This document shows, piece by piece, positions 10,879-19,130 of a DNA stretch of 64,000 nucleotides. The translations under genes were made by a program, and so were the position numbers. The first letter of the stretch is position 1; each line of letters begins with the position of its first letter. The DNA comes from an uncultured Rhizobiaceae group bacterium (lineage in GTDB: Bacteria > Pseudomonadota > Alphaproteobacteria > Rhizobiales > Rhizobiaceae): assembly GCA_937930635.1 (NCBI GenBank), contig CALHCF010000009.1, positions 68,702 through 132,701 of the forward strand. Direction: 5' to 3'. Below the pieces are notes generated by a model, which saw nothing but the letters and a program-made list of their open reading frames with translations, did no database searches and had not been told where the DNA came from.

Positions 10879-11889
10879 TCAGCTCTCGCTGATGCGTCTG
10901 CGCTGTTTCATTTTCTTATGGGCTTGCGATGTTCCATCATGGAATGATCCAAACCACTTGTCCCATGGCACATCGAGATTGCCATAATTGCACTCGAAAA
11001 ACCGGTGATGCAGTTGATGGTGGAAGGTGCCTAAGGCCAGACGGTTCTTGTCATTGACAAGCACACCTTCAAAACCCGTGTGCGAGGTTGCCGCTGTCAG
11101 CGCCTGATGTTGCATCTGGAACATGATATGAATCGGGTGAGCTGCCACAATCCAGTGAATGAGCACTGAACTGAAGAACAGAACATGCTCCACAGGATGC
11201 ATGGAAAGGCCAGACCACGGCCCCACATTTGTGTTGCGGTGATGCAACGCGTGGGCCATCCGATAGAGTGGCGGCCAGTGGAGCAAACGGTGGATCCAAT
11301 AAAAATGAAATGAGATCCAGATTGGTGTCAGCAGAAAGAGCGCAACAAACCAGACCGGATTTTGCGACCATAGAAGGAACGGCGCATAGCCATTGGCCAT
11401 GGCCCAGAACATAAGCACTTCGAAAGCTGTCCAGAAGGTGACGCCACTTGCCAGCGTCCAAAACATATTATCGAGCACCTGGCTGTTGAAGGTAAATGCC
11501 CGGCTTTTGGCCTTCAGATCCTTGGGATCGTATTTGAGACGCTGCCCCTGCCGTCGCGCACTGTAGAAAAACAGATGCAGACCACCCGGCACCACAACCA
11601 TCAAAATCAGATTGCGCAGATAGATCTGGGCGATCCATCCCACCGCAAATTGCTTTGCTTCTTCCATGGGCGGCTGAAACCAGAACCAGCACACAATCGC
11701 CAGTCCGACGAGAATGGTGTTCTCAGCGATATTGATCCATCGAACGGCAAACCAGCGTAGAACCTTGATCGGAGCCGGTGGCCAACTGAAGACGGGAGAT
11801 GTCTGGATTGGAACAGGAGGGCGGTGGTTCCAGAGCCGGGCAAAGCCGTCCTGCTCTCCATCTGATTGCCTGGCGTCGGCGTTTTCCAT
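10879..11889 (-). CDS. Sterol desaturase / fatty acid hydroxylase family membrane diiron enzyme
   Basis: His boxes HFYWIHRLLH, HALHH, SMHPVEH, SHTG, FHHQLHH..NYG..WDKWFG; start placed at MENADARQ. Confidence 0.88.
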   Translation of the reverse strand: MENADARQSDGEQDGFARLWNHRPPVPIQTSPVFSWPPAPIKVLRWFAVRWINIAENTILVGLAIVCWFWFQPPMEEAKQFAVGWIAQIYLRNLILMVVVPGGLHLFFYSARRQGQRLKYDPKDLKAKSRAFTFNSQVLDNMFWTLASGVTFWTAFEVLMFWAMANGYAPFLLWSQNPVWFVALFLLTPIWISFHFYWIHRLLHWPPLYRMAHALHHRNTNVGPWSGLSMHPVEHVLFFSSVLIHWIVAAHPIHIMFQMQHQALTAATSHTGFEGVLVNDKNRLALGTFHHQLHHRFFECNYGNLDVPWDKWFGSFHDGTSQAHKKMKQRRRISES

Positions 11890-12046
11890 GGCCTGAAACA
11901 ATCCTCTTTGCCTTCTACGGAGGTTGGGCCGCCCGCCATTTGCTGTCAATAGTCAGCAAACCAGTTTATATCCGGCCGTCGGGTATCTGGTCTGCCGGGC
12001 TGAAACTCAAGGCAAAAGCGCCGTCAGCGCCCCACCATCCCACAGA

Positions 12047-12077
12047 CTGGACTCAGATTTTTTGTCACTGGACCCAA
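12047..12077 (+). promoter_or_regulatory. Candidate TauR (MocR family) direct-repeat operator
   Basis: CTGGACTCAG-N11-CTGGACCCAA, 21-bp period, upstream of tauA; resembles the CTGGAC[T/C]TAA repeats I recall for Rhodobacter capsulatus TauR. Confidence 0.6.
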
Positions 12078-12286
12078 TTGCAAAAAGGGCAAATTTTAGC
12101 GCAGATTTAAATCCTCTGCGCCGCGCTTTGAAGTCTGCGTGACGGGAGGGGCGTTTTGACTGGCAGCGATAATCAAAAACGAACACTCGCATTTGTGGTC
12201 AGAATATTTATAACTGCGTTTGTCGGGTCACTGATACCGACACAAAACCCTTAATCGGGGTTCGAACTTTGTAACGGGAGACTAGT

Positions 12287-13300
12287 ATGAAACTCACAAA
12301 ATCACTGGCAATGGCTCTGGCAGGCGCAACAGCAATGGCTGCTACCGCAACTTCTGCTCTTGCTGACAGCCACCTCAAAGAAATCACTGTGGCTTACTTC
12401 CTGGAATGGCCAACACCAAACCAGTTTGCACAGGCCAACAAGGTCTATGAAAAAGAGCTTGGTGTTAAAGTAAAATGGGTGTCATTCGATGCCGGTACCG
12501 CAATGTCAGCTGCAATGGCTTCTGGCGATGTGCACATTTCCTTCTCGCAGGGTGTAACACCTTTCCTCGTCGCAACAGCTGCCGGTCAGGACCTGCAGGT
12601 TGTTGATGTCGCTGTATCTTACTCCGACAACGACAACTGCGTTGTTCGCTCCGAGCTTGAAGTGAGCAAGGACAATGCTGCCGAGAAGCTGAAAGGCAAG
12701 AAAGTTGCTGTGCCACTGGGTACCGCTGCTCATTCAGGTTTTCTTGCACAGATGGCTCACCTTGGAATCAAGGAAGCTGATCTGACAATCGTTGACATGT
12801 CTCCATCGGATTCTGCTGCAGCGTTCTCTCAGCCCAATACCGATCTGGCCATGGTGTGCGGTTGGGGTGGTTCTTTGCGTAAGATGAAAGAACACGGCAA
12901 CCCAATCCTTGAAGGCAAGGAAAAAGAAAAGGTCGTCGGTAAGGTGTTTGACGTAACATCAATCCCAACTTCTTTTGGCGAAGAAAATCCAAAGCTTCTT
13001 GCCAAGTTCCTGAAAGTCACAGCTGACATGAATGCTAAATATGCCAAGGACCCTGCTCCAATGATGGAAGCTATTTCCAAGGCTGCAGGCATGGACGCTG
13101 CTGGTACGAAAGCCGTTATCAGCACCTTCGTTTTCCCTGGTGTTGACGAGCAGCTGTCTGCTGAATGGATGGGCGGCGGTGTTGCCGACTATCTTACTTC
13201 AAGCGCCAAGAAGCTTGAAGAAGGCGGCAAAATCAAAGCGCTTTCCGACTATAAAGCGGTTGTGAATTCCAGCTACCTGGAAGCTGCTTCCAAGCTGTAA
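12287..13300 (+). CDS. tauA: Taurine ABC transporter substrate-binding protein
   Basis: Signal peptide; ITVAYFLEWPTPNQ, SQGVTPF, AVPLGTAAH typical of alphaproteobacterial TauA. Confidence 0.82.
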   Translation: MKLTKSLAMALAGATAMAATATSALADSHLKEITVAYFLEWPTPNQFAQANKVYEKELGVKVKWVSFDAGTAMSAAMASGDVHISFSQGVTPFLVATAAGQDLQVVDVAVSYSDNDNCVVRSELEVSKDNAAEKLKGKKVAVPLGTAAHSGFLAQMAHLGIKEADLTIVDMSPSDSAAAFSQPNTDLAMVCGWGGSLRKMKEHGNPILEGKEKEKVVGKVFDVTSIPTSFGEENPKLLAKFLKVTADMNAKYAKDPAPMMEAISKAAGMDAAGTKAVISTFVFPGVDEQLSAEWMGGGVADYLTSSAKKLEEGGKIKALSDYKAVVNSSYLEAASKL

Positions 13301-13323
13301 GATCGCTTTTTTGGAAAATTGAC

Positions 13324-13362
13324 AAGGGTACGGTGGAATATCATTCTGCCGTACCCTTTTTT
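13324..13362 (+). terminator. Intercistronic stem-loop after tauA
   Basis: AAGGGTACGGTGGAAT-atc-ATTCTGCCGTACCCTT plus T run. Confidence 0.75.
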
Positions 13363-13386
13363 GTAGATACTTGAGAAAGAGAGCCG

Positions 13387-14190
13387 ATGTCCGGTCTAAT
13401 TGTCGATGACATATCAATGACCTTCGAGTTACCTGACGGAGGCAACGTCGAGGCGTTGAAGAACGTCAGCATTGATATCAAAGAAGGTGAATTGATTTCC
13501 GTTTTGGGGCCATCGGGGTGCGGCAAGACAACTTTGCTGAACATTCTCGCCGGTTTTCTGGCACCCACCGGGGGCAAGATCAGCCTCAACAACGAGGTGG
13601 TTACCGGACCAAGTTCGGAACGGGGCATGGTTTTTCAGCAGGGTGCGCTGTTTGAATGGATGAATGTTTCCAAAAATATTGGCTTCGGGCCGAGCATGAA
13701 GGGAACACCTCAAAGCGACATCAACAACCGTGTCACGGAATTGCTTGGCATTGTCGGCTTGCAGGATTTCAGTGAGAAAATGATCTATGAGCTATCGGGT
13801 GGGATGCAGCAGCGTGTCGCTCTGGCGCGATGTCTGGCAAACGATCCGGATGTGATCTTGATGGATGAACCGCTTGGCGCGCTTGATGCTCTGACGCGCG
13901 AAAAGATGCAGAGCCTTGTGCTCGACATCTGGAAAAAGACCGGAAAGACCATCATTTTGATTACCCACTCAGTTGAGGAAGCGCTGCTTCTTGGTGAGCG
14001 GCTGATTGTGATGGCACCGCGTCCTGGACGCATTCACAAACAATACAATCTGCCCTTCGCCGAAATGGGCGTTGGTGCGGATCTCAGGGAAGTAAAACGT
14101 CACAAGAAATTCGGGCCAACCCGCGATGAAATCCTCTCCATGATTTGGGATATGGAAGAGGAAATCATGGGTCGCACGGAAAGCGCGTAA
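13387..14190 (+). CDS. tauB: Taurine ABC transporter ATP-binding protein
   Basis: GPSGCGKTT, LSGGMQQR, LMDEPLGALD. Confidence 0.88.
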   Translation: MSGLIVDDISMTFELPDGGNVEALKNVSIDIKEGELISVLGPSGCGKTTLLNILAGFLAPTGGKISLNNEVVTGPSSERGMVFQQGALFEWMNVSKNIGFGPSMKGTPQSDINNRVTELLGIVGLQDFSEKMIYELSGGMQQRVALARCLANDPDVILMDEPLGALDALTREKMQSLVLDIWKKTGKTIILITHSVEEALLLGERLIVMAPRPGRIHKQYNLPFAEMGVGADLREVKRHKKFGPTRDEILSMIWDMEEEIMGRTESA

Positions 14191-14202
14191 GGGGTAAGGA
14201 CA

Positions 14203-15534
14203 ATGTTGCAAGAACTGCTCGACGTCATTGTGACGACGTTATGGATGATCGTTGGTATCTCCGCGATCTTCGGAATTTTCCTTGCCGTTAGCGGTCTGGT
14301 CTATTTTGTCTGGAATTTCATCAATTCAAAGAAGGATCAGTTTCGCGGTTACGGCAGCCTCAAAACGGTGACCTTTGGCGACGAAAGTTCCGTTAGCGCA
14401 AACCGTGTTGCCTCGATATCGGGAGTGATCACCGTCTTCCTGATCTGGATGATTGCCACCGGCTCAAACCTTCTGCCTTTCAAGATATTGCCGGTTGCTT
14501 TCGTGGGCGACACACAGTTTGAATATACGGCCACCAATGCTGCTGGCGACACTGACAAGGCCACGGTCAAGGTACGTGTTACCCCATTTGGTAACTCAGA
14601 TACCGAGAAGCTGGTGGCACCGGAAACATCGGACGGTTTTGCTAAGGATGATGTTGTGATGGTGGCTGAGCGCCGTGCCAAGCTATTGCGCGCGCAACGC
14701 AACGACGACGGTGGCGCTGAAGAGGGTTTCCGTGTCACCGAAATCAATGGACAGCCCATTGAACCCAATCAGATCGTTCAGGTGGATAACGGCTCCGTGT
14801 TGATGACGGGAGCCGGTAGCCTGCAGGTGCGACCCTATACCGGGCCGACGATGGAAGCACTTTATCTGCCGCCGCCAGAACAGGTCTGGGATCGGTTTCT
14901 ACAGTTGAACTCCGAGGGTTATCAGGGCGTTGGACTGTGGGAAAATGTGATGTGGTCCCTTATCCGCGTGGTTCTGGGCTTCTTCCTTGGTTGTTTGTTT
15001 GGAATCCCCTTGGGCTTTGCCATGGGGTTGAACTCGTGGTTGCGCGGCTGGTTTGATCCCATCGTCGAATTCATGCGGCCTGTTCCACCACTCGCGCTGA
15101 TCCCGCTGGTTATTATCTGGTTTGGCATTGGTGAGCAGGGCAAGGTTTCATTGCTTTTCCTCGCCGCGCTCTGGATCATGATCATTGGTGCCCGGGCGGG
15201 AGTTTCAGGGGTTAATATCTCCAAGGTTCATGCTGCCTACTCGCTGGGGGCAACCAAGACGCAACTCTTGAGCAAGGTGATCCTGCCCAACTCGCTACCC
15301 GAGATTTTCACGGCAGCCCGTGTCGCCATGGGCGTTTGTTGGGGAACGGTTGTTGCTGCTGAACTGGTCGCGGCGGAGAAAGGCGCGGGTAAGATGATTA
15401 TCGCGGCTTCCAAATTTCAGCTTACCGATATTGTTATTATCGGTATCATCATCATTGGTGTGATCGGCTTCGGTATCGATGTGCTGATGCGGATGGCGGA
15501 AAACAAACTGGTTCCCTGGAAGGGCCGCGGTTAA
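14203..15534 (+). CDS. tauC: Taurine ABC transporter permease with inserted extracytoplasmic Ig/cadherin-like domain
   Basis: YLPPP, RPVPPLALIPL, AAYSLGA, VVAAEL; 443 aa versus about 270 for a plain TauC. Confidence 0.85.
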   Translation: MLQELLDVIVTTLWMIVGISAIFGIFLAVSGLVYFVWNFINSKKDQFRGYGSLKTVTFGDESSVSANRVASISGVITVFLIWMIATGSNLLPFKILPVAFVGDTQFEYTATNAAGDTDKATVKVRVTPFGNSDTEKLVAPETSDGFAKDDVVMVAERRAKLLRAQRNDDGGAEEGFRVTEINGQPIEPNQIVQVDNGSVLMTGAGSLQVRPYTGPTMEALYLPPPEQVWDRFLQLNSEGYQGVGLWENVMWSLIRVVLGFFLGCLFGIPLGFAMGLNSWLRGWFDPIVEFMRPVPPLALIPLVIIWFGIGEQGKVSLLFLAALWIMIIGARAGVSGVNISKVHAAYSLGATKTQLLSKVILPNSLPEIFTAARVAMGVCWGTVVAAELVAAEKGAGKMIIAASKFQLTDIVIIGIIIIGVIGFGIDVLMRMAENKLVPWKGRG

Positions 15535-15582
15535 CACAATCGAGGACCGTCGGGATCACCGAGGACTTCAACGAATAAAGGG

Positions 15583-15620
15583 GCCGCGCAGGTTTCTTCA
15601 GGAACCTGCGCGGCTTTTTT
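15583..15620 (+). terminator. Rho-independent terminator of tauABC
   Basis: GCCGCGCAGGTTTC-ttca-GGAACCTGCGCGGC-TTTTTT. Confidence 0.88.
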
Positions 15621-15681
15621 ACGAACATCCCCCATTTCTCCTCTGCTTTTCCCTGAAAACTCTCGATCGCCTAAACTCTTG

Positions 15682-15740
15682 ATGTAAGTTGTTACATGTG
15701 TGAAAACTGACGTGTAAGCGCTTTCATTGCAGCGCTTTTC
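15682..15740. promoter_or_regulatory. LacI-family operator cluster upstream of the LacI gene
   Basis: TGTAAGCGCTTTCA (15713-15726), adjacent TTGCAGCGCTTTTC (15727-15740), and ATGTAA-gttg-TTACAT palindrome (15682-15697). Confidence 0.7.
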
Positions 15741-15770
15741 GTTCCTCACTAAAGCAATGGGAAGCCAGTT

Positions 15771-16772
15771 ATGGTTACAATGCTCGATGTCTCGCGAAAA
15801 GCCGGTGTTTCCACCGCGACGGTTTCACGAGTGATAAACAAACCCGAAATCGTCGATGAGAAGACGCGCCTTACGGTTCAAAAGGCAATTTCCACGCTCG
15901 ACTACCGGCCCAATTTGTTTGCCCGAGGCCTGGCCGGCCGCTCATCGCACACCATTGGTATTGCGGTTAACGGCTTTTCTTCTCCCTATTTCGGCCTCGT
16001 CATTGACGGAATGGAACAGGCCCTCGCCAGGGTGGGCTACAAGACAATTGCTGAAAGCAACAGGCGGGGCGCTGAGGGAGAACGCGAAGCGTGGTTATCG
16101 CTGATTGAAAGGCGTTGTGAAGGCGTCATAATTCACTCTGCAAACCTGAGTGACGAAGAACTCAAGCACCTGATGCAGCAGCATCCAAGTTCTGTGCTGA
16201 TCAATCGACTTCTCCCGGATTTTGAGCACCGTTGTATCAATCTCGATAATTTCCACGCAGCGGAAATTGCAGCAAAACATCTGATCGACAACGGACACAG
16301 AGAAATCGCCGTTATTACCGGTCCCAAAAGAAATTTTGAAGTCAAAGACCGCATCAATGGTTTCAATTTCACGCTCAACAATGCCGGTCTCAAACTCGAT
16401 AAAGACCTCACTATCGAGGCAGACTTTTCCGGTTTGAGCGGACAGGAGGGACTGGAAAAGCTCCTGGCCACCGGAAAGAAATTTACAGCCGTATTCTTTC
16501 ACAACGACGAGATGGCAGCGGGCGGGATGGAAACCTGTCGCAAAGCCAATATCCGAATACCCGAAGATATTTCTATTATCGGTTTTGACGATGTGGCGAT
16601 TGCCAAACACCTGACGCCAAAGCTGACAACCGTTCGTCAGCCGCTTCGCGAAATCGGCGCCACAGCAGGGCTCCTCGCCCGAGCCATCGCCAACAATCCA
16701 AATGATGCGGATCATCTGCCAAGAACATTCCAGGCAGAGGTTGTTGAGCGCGCTTCTGTGGCCCGGATTTGA
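15771..16772 (+). CDS. LacI/GalR family transcriptional regulator
   Basis: TMLDVSRKAGVSTATVSRVIN helix-turn-helix, YRPN..ARGL hinge, IPEDISIIGFDD, LTTVRQP. Confidence 0.95.
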   Translation: MVTMLDVSRKAGVSTATVSRVINKPEIVDEKTRLTVQKAISTLDYRPNLFARGLAGRSSHTIGIAVNGFSSPYFGLVIDGMEQALARVGYKTIAESNRRGAEGEREAWLSLIERRCEGVIIHSANLSDEELKHLMQQHPSSVLINRLLPDFEHRCINLDNFHAAEIAAKHLIDNGHREIAVITGPKRNFEVKDRINGFNFTLNNAGLKLDKDLTIEADFSGLSGQEGLEKLLATGKKFTAVFFHNDEMAAGGMETCRKANIRIPEDISIIGFDDVAIAKHLTPKLTTVRQPLREIGATAGLLARAIANNPNDADHLPRTFQAEVVERASVARI

Positions 16773-16836
16773 ACATCAGTCGGCTTGCGGCAACTGAAAA
16801 GAGAGAAGTTCGACAAGCTGAAATAATATTAGATCA

Positions 16837-16991
16837 ACCCGGTTTTAGCCCCAGAACCGGTGAACACGTTGGGAGCATCGTCTGTTTTCGGCACCCAACG
16901 AAAAAGACGGTTGTTACGCTTACCCCTCATAAGCGCCAACAACCCAGCGACCAGGCTCTCGGGCGTAAGGGTCTGGTCGCGACCTTTTCTC
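16837..16991 (+). ncRNA. Candidate small RNA with four consecutive hairpins
   Basis: Hairpins at 16839-16860, 16877-16911, 16917-16935 and 16947-16980, then CTTTTCT; G-U pairs favour the + strand; TAATAT at 16824-16829. Confidence 0.4.
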
Positions 16992-17051
16992 ACATCGGAT
17001 AAGTCCTGAAGGCGCGATCAACTTATCCCGCGTCTTTTGCGCGATAAGTGA

Positions 17052-18047
17052 TCAGCCCTCAAGGCGCTCCATTATCTCATCGCTCACGTCCACACCCTTG
17101 GCCTCAGCGGTTTGCCGCAGAGCCATACGTCCCATCCCTGGCAGGCGGCTTCCTTCTTCGGCTTCAATTGAAAGGCACAGATCCTCAACACGTTGGAAAA
17201 CCCGGTCTGGATTTCCAAAAGCTCCCGGATCGATCACCAGTAAAAGCTGACCAACACCAGGGGGCGGCCCGTCACCGGTGAAGAAAGACGAAGCCTCAAA
17301 GGCGAAGTTCGCGTCAGGCAGGCCAGCGGCAAGAACTTCCACCATGAGCGCCAGAGCGGCTCCCTTTGCTCCACCAAGAGGAGCCATTGTACCGCCTTCA
17401 AGCGCGGCGTTGGGATCGGTGGTCGGTTGCCCGTCAGCATCAAAGGCCCAGCCTTCAGGGATAGAGCTGCCTTGTTGACTGGCTTTCAGCAAATTGCCTC
17501 GTGCAACTGTCGATAGGGCCATGTCGATCACAAAGGGCGGTCCTGATTTTCGCGGGGCCGCGAAGGCAATTGGATTTGTACCGAACAATGCGGACTTTCC
17601 ACCCCAGGGCGCCATGGCCTTGGGCGTGTTGCCAAATGCGATGGCAATCAACCCGTTATCTGCGGCGCGTTCAACCTGATGACCAGCGACACCAAAATGA
17701 TGAGAACGGGTAAACCCAGCCATGGAAATTCCGCACTGCGCAGCCATTTCGGGCAATTTCTGATGAGCAAGATCAAACGCGGGATAGGCAAAGCCGAGCG
17801 CAACATCAATCAGCAAAGCCGCATCGGCGGTTTTGGTCGCAATTGCGACCGCCTGCCCGTCCACCTTTCCAGATCGGGCCTGCGCCGTATAGCTTTCGAT
17901 ACGGGACAGGCCATGCCCCTTGCGCCCGTCAATTTCAGCAAGCACCAGCGCCTGCGCAACGGATGCCGCCGTGCTTTCGCTTACACCGGATGACACAAAA
18001 GCCGTAGCAACAAGGCTTTTCAGCCTCTCAACTTCAACAAAACTCAC
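17052..18047 (-). CDS. comC: Ldh_2 (malate/L-lactate dehydrogenase) family oxidoreductase, likely (R)-sulfolactate dehydrogenase
   Basis: GHGLSR, SHHFGVAG, FGTNPIAFAAP, DMALS, GGAKG; overlaps the slcC-like gene. Confidence 0.72.
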   Translation of the reverse strand: MSFVEVERLKSLVATAFVSSGVSESTAASVAQALVLAEIDGRKGHGLSRIESYTAQARSGKVDGQAVAIATKTADAALLIDVALGFAYPAFDLAHQKLPEMAAQCGISMAGFTRSHHFGVAGHQVERAADNGLIAIAFGNTPKAMAPWGGKSALFGTNPIAFAAPRKSGPPFVIDMALSTVARGNLLKASQQGSSIPEGWAFDADGQPTTDPNAALEGGTMAPLGGAKGAALALMVEVLAAGLPDANFAFEASSFFTGDGPPPGVGQLLLVIDPGAFGNPDRVFQRVEDLCLSIEAEEGSRLPGMGRMALRQTAEAKGVDVSDEIMERLEG

Positions 18048-18979
18048 GACCGACCCTCCAGGACATTTAAAACATTATCGACAGTCAATTCACTCACCCG
18101 GGAATTTGCTTCCTGCGTCAGGCCGGCAATATGCGGTGTGAGTATGACGTTACTCAACCCTGCAAAATTGCGGGCTCTTGTCTGTTCTGGCGGTTCAGTC
18201 TCAAAAACATCCAGTGCAGCCCCACCAAGCCTGTTATCACGCAGGGCATCGGCGAGCGCCTGCTCATCAACGATGCCGCCGCGAGCTGTGTTGATGAGCA
18301 CGGCGTTGAGCTTCATTGTCGCAAGCGCATCCGAGCTGATCATTCCCCGTGTCTCGTCGGTCAGCGGGACATGCAGACTGATCACGTCGCTTTTTGCCAG
18401 AACTTCTTCCAGTGTCATGTGCCGGGTCTCTTGCCAAACCGCAGATTCATCCGGCAGCAGCGGATCATAGGCAACTGTCTTCATGCCCAGCGCCTGCGCC
18501 TTCTGCGCGACCAGTTGACCGATACCACCGAACCCAACCAATCCCATGGTTCGCCCCGCAAGTTCACCGCCATTGGACAGGGCTGCGCGGGGCCACTGAC
18601 CCTCCGCAATCTGCATGGAAGCACCGAAGGCACCGCGAACCAGAGAAAACGCAGCGCCCATCACATATTCCGCAACACTGGGTGCGTTCGCACCTGTCGC
18701 TGGACAAACGGTAACGTTGCGCTGTTTGCAGGCCATCATGTCAATGTTATCGAGGCCTACACCCAGACGCCCGACAACCTTGAGGTTTGGTGCACGGCCC
18801 AGTAATTCGACATCGACCTGCGTGCGGTTGCGGACAATGATAGCGGCTGCATCACCAACCAGTTCCAGCAAGGCCGAACGATTGTCAGCCAGCGTATCAT
18901 CCCAATGGACAGTGTGGTTCTGTTTCAGCCGCTCTACCGGCGCAGCATCCATGAATTCACAGATCACAATATCAGGCAT
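18044..18979 (-). CDS. slcC: D-2-hydroxyacid dehydrogenase, likely (S)-sulfolactate dehydrogenase
   Basis: MPDIVICEFMD N-terminus, GRLGVGLDNID, GFGGIG, INTARG, TPHIAG; paired with comC-like gene. Confidence 0.7.
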   Translation of the reverse strand: MPDIVICEFMDAAPVERLKQNHTVHWDDTLADNRSALLELVGDAAAIIVRNRTQVDVELLGRAPNLKVVGRLGVGLDNIDMMACKQRNVTVCPATGANAPSVAEYVMGAAFSLVRGAFGASMQIAEGQWPRAALSNGGELAGRTMGLVGFGGIGQLVAQKAQALGMKTVAYDPLLPDESAVWQETRHMTLEEVLAKSDVISLHVPLTDETRGMISSDALATMKLNAVLINTARGGIVDEQALADALRDNRLGGAALDVFETEPPEQTRARNFAGLSNVILTPHIAGLTQEANSRVSELTVDNVLNVLEGRS

Positions 18980-19014
18980 CGACAAGAATTCCGGAACGGC
19001 TGGGTAACGAGGTT

Positions 19015-19031
19015 CCGCTATCGGATAGCGG
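19015..19031. promoter_or_regulatory. Perfect 8-1-8 palindrome upstream of slcC
   Basis: CCGCTATC-g-GATAGCGG about 36 nt before the ATG. Confidence 0.35.
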
Positions 19032-19130
19032 CTTGCGCCTGGTCGCGCAACAAACCTCTGGTCAGGAGATAAAAATCAGGCCGAACGTCAACAGGCGAAT
19101 GGGTCAGCCACACACGATATTTCGGCATAT

